From: Podarcis liolepis
Lineage: Eukaryota
DNA length: 64,000 nucleotides
Assembly (NCBI GenBank): GCA_965112155.1
Contig: OZ218100.1
Direction: 5' to 3' (one strand)
Position 1 is the first letter of the stretch, and each line of letters opens with the position of its first letter. Below, in pieces: positions 61,301 through 64,000 of the stretch. A model generated the notes under the pieces. The model saw nothing but the letters and a program-made list of their open reading frames with translations, had not been told where the DNA came from and made no database searches. Made by a program: the position numbers and the translations under genes.

Positions 61301-64000
61301 ATTAGTCACTCCCTCCAGGGCGGCTCTGTTCTTTGGCAGAGTCCTCCTGTGACATCAAGAACAGTTGAGGTGGCAACACTTGAATGCTCACTAGGCAGAC
61401 ATGCAACTTCCTATTATGGGTGAACCCTCACTGGATGTGCTCTGTGCAAGGAGCTTCTGAAAGCAGCTGACAGCAATAGAGTAAAGCAGGAGATCACATT
61501 TATCAAGCATGAATACTGGATTTGCCTGTATATAGTTGACATGTTCAATTCAATAGCCACGTGCAAGGAGCCCAAACAGGCTTTGATAGGGAGCCAACAT
61601 TCCAGCTCCGTACCAGCCCTACTACTCTGGTGAAAGGAAGGTGTGGTAGGGCTTTGCTTCTGATTTAATGCAGCACTTTACAGATGCTCCAGGTGCACGC
61701 AAGGCCCAGCGCAACTGCAGGGACAAGCCCCTCCCACCTTCACAACTCAAATTCCCGCACATCTTGCCTCGTTTCAAGCCTCCCCAAGGGCCAGTGCAAG
61801 GATCACTTTCTCACAAGTTTCCGAGCATTATGTTCAGGTACACACCCCTGCTTTATAAGCTCAGTAGGGTGGAGATTTTGCAACAAGAAGAAAAACAACA
61901 ACGATAACATACTCTCTTTTTTTAGCACCCTGAGAAAAAGCTGTATGTTACTTTAGGAATCAGAACATGCAATCAAGGGTCTAATCCTCAACAACATTTT
62001 AATGCATTCTCAAAATTGCATAAGCACCAGCACTTTAACCGGTCTACGTGAAAAAGTTCCACAAATTGTTCCCCCTCACATTTCTAAGTTAGAAATATGG
62101 CTTTCACATCTGTCACATGCACATATACCTTATCATATGGCAAAAGGCCTTTCAGTGGGAAACGAAGAGTTGTAGGATCCAGCTTCCATGAATTGCAAAT
62201 AGCACCAGAGTTATTTACTACAGGAAGGAGGCTACATCGCCCTACATGTATTGGAAACCAAAGAGAGAAACCATGAGTCACAAAGTATACCTCTCCCTAA
62301 ATTTGCAAGGCATAAAAACCCTAGGATATTGTTAGCCAATTCTTTTTGTATACAATAGAAATACCAGTAATAGGGCTTTGATTGTTCCCTGCCTATAGGC
62401 ATCTGCATGAAGTTACTACAGATGCTGCATTTTTCAAGCCCCAGGATCAGTTTATTTATTTATTTTATAAAAAATATTTGTATACCGCTGTATCGTAAAG
62501 AACTACCAGCCGTTTACAACAATATAAAAACAGAAGAGCAAATGATAAAATCAAAACAAGTTAAAAGACAAAAAATATAATTAAAAACAAACAGCAGCAG
62601 ACCATCGTGGCGGTTGTACTCTTAATTGTCTGCATAGGTCTGGCAGAATAGAAATGCTTTCAGCAGACATTTGAAAGTTGGCACAGGAGAAGCCAGCTGA
62701 ATCTCTAGTGGCAGGGTGTTCTACAGGACTGGGCCAATGACAGTACAGTGGTACCTCGCAAGACGAAATTAATTTGTTCCGCAAGTTTTTTCTTCTTGCA
62801 AGTTTTTCGTCTTGCGAAGCACGGTTTCCCATAGGAATGCATTGAAAATCAATTAATGCATTCCTAGGGAAACCGCCTTCAGACCAGGTCCGGGGACAGT
62901 CTGTCCCCCGACCTCTTCTGAAGGCTGGGGGGGGGACAAGGGCTTTTCTTCCCACCCCCAGCCTTCAGAAGGCTGTTCTGAAGGCTGGCGCTGGGAAGAA
63001 AAGCCCTTCTTCCCACCTCCCGCCCCGCAAGCACTGGGGATAGGAGGGCTTTGCTGCCGACTGCCAGCATTTTAAAAGCCCCTGCTGTCCCGGGGCGATT
63101 TTAAAATGCTGGCGGGCGGGAGCGAAGCCTCCACTGTCCCGGGGAGATTTTAAAATGCTGGGGGTCGGCAGCGAACGTTTCGCTCCCGCCAGCCAGCATT
63201 TTAAGATCGCCCGGGGCAGGCGGGGGGGGGGAGGCAGGCGGGGGGGGAGCAAAGACTTTTGCCCCCCGCCGGCCTTCAGAAGAGGTCCTCTTCTGAAGGC
63301 CGGCTGTGGGCGAAAGTCTTTGCTCCCGACCGCCAGCATTTCCCTATGGGCTTTCGTCTTGCGATGCAAGCCCATAGGGAAATTCGTCTTGCGAAGCGCC
63401 TCCAAAACAGAAAACCCTTTCGTCTTGCGAGGTATTCGTCTTGCGGGGTACCACTGTAAAGGCTCAATTTATCATTGTTCTCAACCAGAAGTTCCCACCA
63501 GCAATCAGGCCACTGAATTCAGCACCGGTTGGCCCTCCCGAACGAGACCCAAGGACAGCCCCACAGAGAGCACATTACAGTAATCCAGCCTCAAGGTTAC
63601 CAATGCATGGACGACAGCAATCAGGCTAACCTTATCCAGGAACCTGGGTGTAGGTGGTGAACCAGAGGAAGTTGGTAAAAGGCCCTCCTAGACACCATTG
63701 CACAAGTGCTGTCAACACTGGTTCTCACCACAATGATCAAGTTCTGGAGCACTGCTCTAATGGGCAGACTATAATGCTTGATCCCAGAGACCACCAAGTG
63801 GCAGATTAAGGACACGCAGGAATCAGTGGCACATCTAACTAATCATCAGACAAGCTATCTGTATTTAAACATTATGGGCTAGAAATTGCACATTAGATCC
63901 TTCAGCTGCTGCCAACAAAGCTAACATTACATTGCTATATTTAGAAACTCTTACCACAGATGGAATTTATTCTCGCTGTAGGTCTGAAGGAATCCACGAA
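31203..64000 (-). CDS. MED23: Mediator complex subunit 23, spliced CDS span (22 exons in window; 5' end lies beyond the window)
   Basis: Exon translations match vertebrate MED23 as recalled (GRCSLLPVVNNSGAICNSWKLDP, HKQRCPVLEDQLVDLVVYAMERSE, VEKIICNLRPALKLRLRF). Splice phases join in frame; 3489 nt = 1162 aa + TAG. Confidence 0.98.
32408..32539 (-). CDS. MED23: MED23 exon IGVAFYEMLLEVDQC...GDSVKDQ (132 nt)
   Basis: AG/GT; phase 0 to 0. Confidence 0.96.
32628..33266. mobile_element. hAT-like non-autonomous element interrupted by a Sauria SINE
   Basis: Inverted termini cagtggttctcaaa / tttgagaaccactg. Confidence 0.65.
32780..33125 (-). mobile_element. Sauria SINE (different subfamily), nested in a hAT-like element
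   Basis: Reverse complement of Sauria head and core; flanked by actttata on both sides. Confidence 0.85.
34368..34488 (-). CDS. MED23: MED23 exon FLTEVLIPVVKTEFQLLYVYHLVGPFLQRFQQERTRCMLE (121 nt)
   Basis: Read manually; AG/GT; phase 2 to 0. Confidence 0.95.
34749..35304 (-). mobile_element. Solo-LTR-like element in a MED23 intron
   Basis: TGTCATGG...CCATGACA termini; GC-richer than flanks; AGTAAA near the minus-strand 3' end; no clear TSD longer than cc. Confidence 0.6.
35310..35524 (-). CDS. MED23: MED23 exon EPYWIVLHERIVSV...QLSLIPK (215 nt)
   Basis: AG/GT; phase 0 to 2. Confidence 0.96.
36004..36076 (-). CDS. MED23: MED23 exon QPLVPRDNITAWMNAIGLIITALP (73 nt)
   Basis: Read manually; AG/GT; phase 2 to 0. 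Confidence 0.95.
36176..36270 (+). mobile_element. tRNA-Ile-derived SINE remnant with CR1-like tail
   Basis: ggttagctcagttggttag...gctgataacgc head; ccttccagctc...attctgtgatt tail; T arm missing, so not a tRNA gene. Confidence 0.65.
36392..36557 (-). CDS. MED23: MED23 exon T-MAGKSSSPFPNCDWRFNEF...NVVLKS (166 nt), preceded by a U12 AC acceptor
   Basis: AC acceptor with CCTTAAT branch point; GT donor; phase 1 to 2. Confidence 0.94.
36558..37208 (-). other. MED23: U12-type (minor spliceosome) AT-AC intron of MED23
   Basis: 5' ATATCCTTT; branch point TACCTTAAT close to the terminal AC; splicing gives in-frame D-T(A|CG)-M. Confidence 0.93.
37209..37445 (-). CDS. MED23: MED23 exon RPVTYLYNTLHYYE...IARLVD-T (237 nt), followed by a U12 AT donor
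   Basis: AG acceptor; 3' boundary is ATATCCTTT; phase 1 to 1. Confidence 0.94.
39467..39683 (-). CDS. MED23: MED23 exon RYPEKLYFEGLAEQVNPP...GGLYKFHD (217 nt)
   Basis: Read manually; AG/GT; phase 0 to 1. Confidence 0.95.
40290..40935. mobile_element. Dispersed repeat, RTE/Vingi-like (paralogous to 11545-12010)
   Basis: Direct sequence similarity to the 11545 copy. Confidence 0.6.
41047..41217 (-). CDS. MED23: MED23 exon AMRSHEGNEAQVCYF...HMSYHK (171 nt)
   Basis: AG/GT; phase 0 to 0. Confidence 0.96.
42058..42238 (-). CDS. MED23: MED23 exon VLERIGARALVAHVRTF...RLILCL (181 nt)
   Basis: AG/GT; phase 2 to 0. Confidence 0.96.
42752..42957 (-). CDS. MED23: MED23 exon AFFKQNNVPQESRFNLKK...NQIGYR (206 nt)
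   Basis: AG/GT; phase 0 to 2. Confidence 0.96.
44451..44575 (-). CDS. MED23: MED23 exon FFTGSDSIQGTWCKD...FPAPLQ (125 nt)
   Basis: AG/GT; phase 1 to 0. Confidence 0.96.
45181..45344 (-). CDS. MED23: MED23 exon VESTALRLITALGSSEVQPQF...ATHVTD (164 nt)
   Basis: AG/GT; phase 2 to 1. Confidence 0.96.
45883..46057 (-). CDS. MED23: MED23 exon QLLPTVFKSHAWGILH...NQLHLC (175 nt)
   Basis: AG/GT; phase 1 to 2. Confidence 0.96.
47176..47318 (-). CDS. MED23: MED23 exon LIHSIATRVIKLAH...GIKGFIS (143 nt)
   Basis: AG/GT; phase 2 to 1. Confidence 0.96.
47452..47697 (-). CDS. MED23: MED23 exon FLQQSLRNKSLQMNDYKIALLC...HAKMS (246 nt)
   Basis: AG/GT; phase 2 to 2. Confidence 0.96.
48455..48850 (+). mobile_element. 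L2 LINE 3' fragment
   Basis: Similar to the 3' end of the 20720 L2 (taaagcccta, agggccttctc, tggaacgc, gccgcccagag); microsatellite tail. Confidence 0.8.
48990..49135 (-). CDS. MED23: MED23 exon CIPVPDINKPQSTHAFAMTC...LKLHHE (146 nt)
   Basis: Read manually (not in ORF track); AG/GT; phase 0 to 2. Confidence 0.95.
50420..50894. mobile_element. hAT non-autonomous element
   Basis: 14-bp TIR caggggtcagcaaa; 8-bp TSD atcctggg/atcttggg. Confidence 0.85.
51249..51392 (-). CDS. MED23: MED23 exon LAGRGLIKGRD...LYPEKE (144 nt)
   Basis: AG/GT boundaries; phase 0 to 0. Confidence 0.96.
51796..52037. mobile_element. Tc1/mariner-type MITE
   Basis: TIR cagtc(a/g)taccttgg; TA TSD. Confidence 0.8.
52337..52537 (-). 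CDS. MED23: MED23 exon HKQRCPVLED...VLSLHQK (201 nt)
   Basis: AG/GT boundaries; phase 0 to 0. Confidence 0.96.
56085..56880 (-). mobile_element. Degenerate L2 LINE fragment
   Basis: Minus-strand SPMLFNFYMKP...YDTQLYLSF; ttgcagtaatccaag is the reverse of LDYCN. Confidence 0.8.
59587..59774. other. Assembly gap (188 N)
   Basis: Run of N. Confidence 1.
60307..60402 (-). CDS. MED23: MED23 exon DLFEPQTALLRY...LGLNKQ (96 nt)
   Basis: AG/GT boundaries; phase 0 to 0. Confidence 0.96.
60658..60741. repeat. Perfect inverted repeat, 41-bp arms and 2-nt spacer
   Basis: Arms checked base by base. Confidence 0.97.
62129..62241 (-). CDS. MED23: MED23 exon GRCSLLPVVNN...LLPYDK (113 nt)
   Basis: AG/GT boundaries; phase 1 to 0. 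Confidence 0.96.
62446..63830 (-). mobile_element. Degenerate L2 fragment split by the 62746 MITE
   Basis: (ttta)n tail at the left end; ttacagtaatccag (LDYCN reversed) at the right; continuous across the TA insertion site. Confidence 0.7.
62746..63456. mobile_element. Tc1/mariner-type MITE (same family as 22250, longer), inserted in an L2 fragment
   Basis: TIR cagtggtacc(t/c)cgcaagacgaa; TA TSD; GC-rich interior. Confidence 0.9.
63955..64000 (-). CDS. MED23: MED23 exon (partial, cut by window edge): FVDSFRPTARINSIC-G
   Basis: Translation matches MED23; GTAAG donor at 63954, phase 1. Confidence 0.93.

Overview
Eukaryotic (vertebrate) genomic DNA, most likely a squamate and probably a lacertid lizard, judged from Sauria SINEs and L2, L1, hAT and Tc1-mariner MITEs. 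The right half (about 30.25-64 kb) holds the 3' ~85% of MED23 (Mediator subunit 23) on the minus strand. I mapped 22 coding exons by hand (the first is cut by the window edge); all splice phases are consistent, giving 1162 aa plus a stop. One intron is a U12-type AT-AC intron, and an assembly gap probably hides the MED23 TLNIAQ microexon. The left half has no intact recognisable gene and is mostly repeats. About 5 kb beyond the MED23 3' end, on the + strand where ARG1 sits in mammals, there is a decayed copy of arginase-1 exon 1 with its splice donor intact but no start codon. This is the best candidate for something undescribed: an ARG1 unitary-pseudogene relic. Other notable items are a perfect 84-bp palindrome, an LTR-like insertion that supplies the +6 base of a MED23 splice donor, nested transposons, and an orphan TATA-ATG-donor first-exon candidate. 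Almost all ORFs in the supplied track are chance ORFs or exon read-through. All homology calls are from recalled sequences, not database searches.
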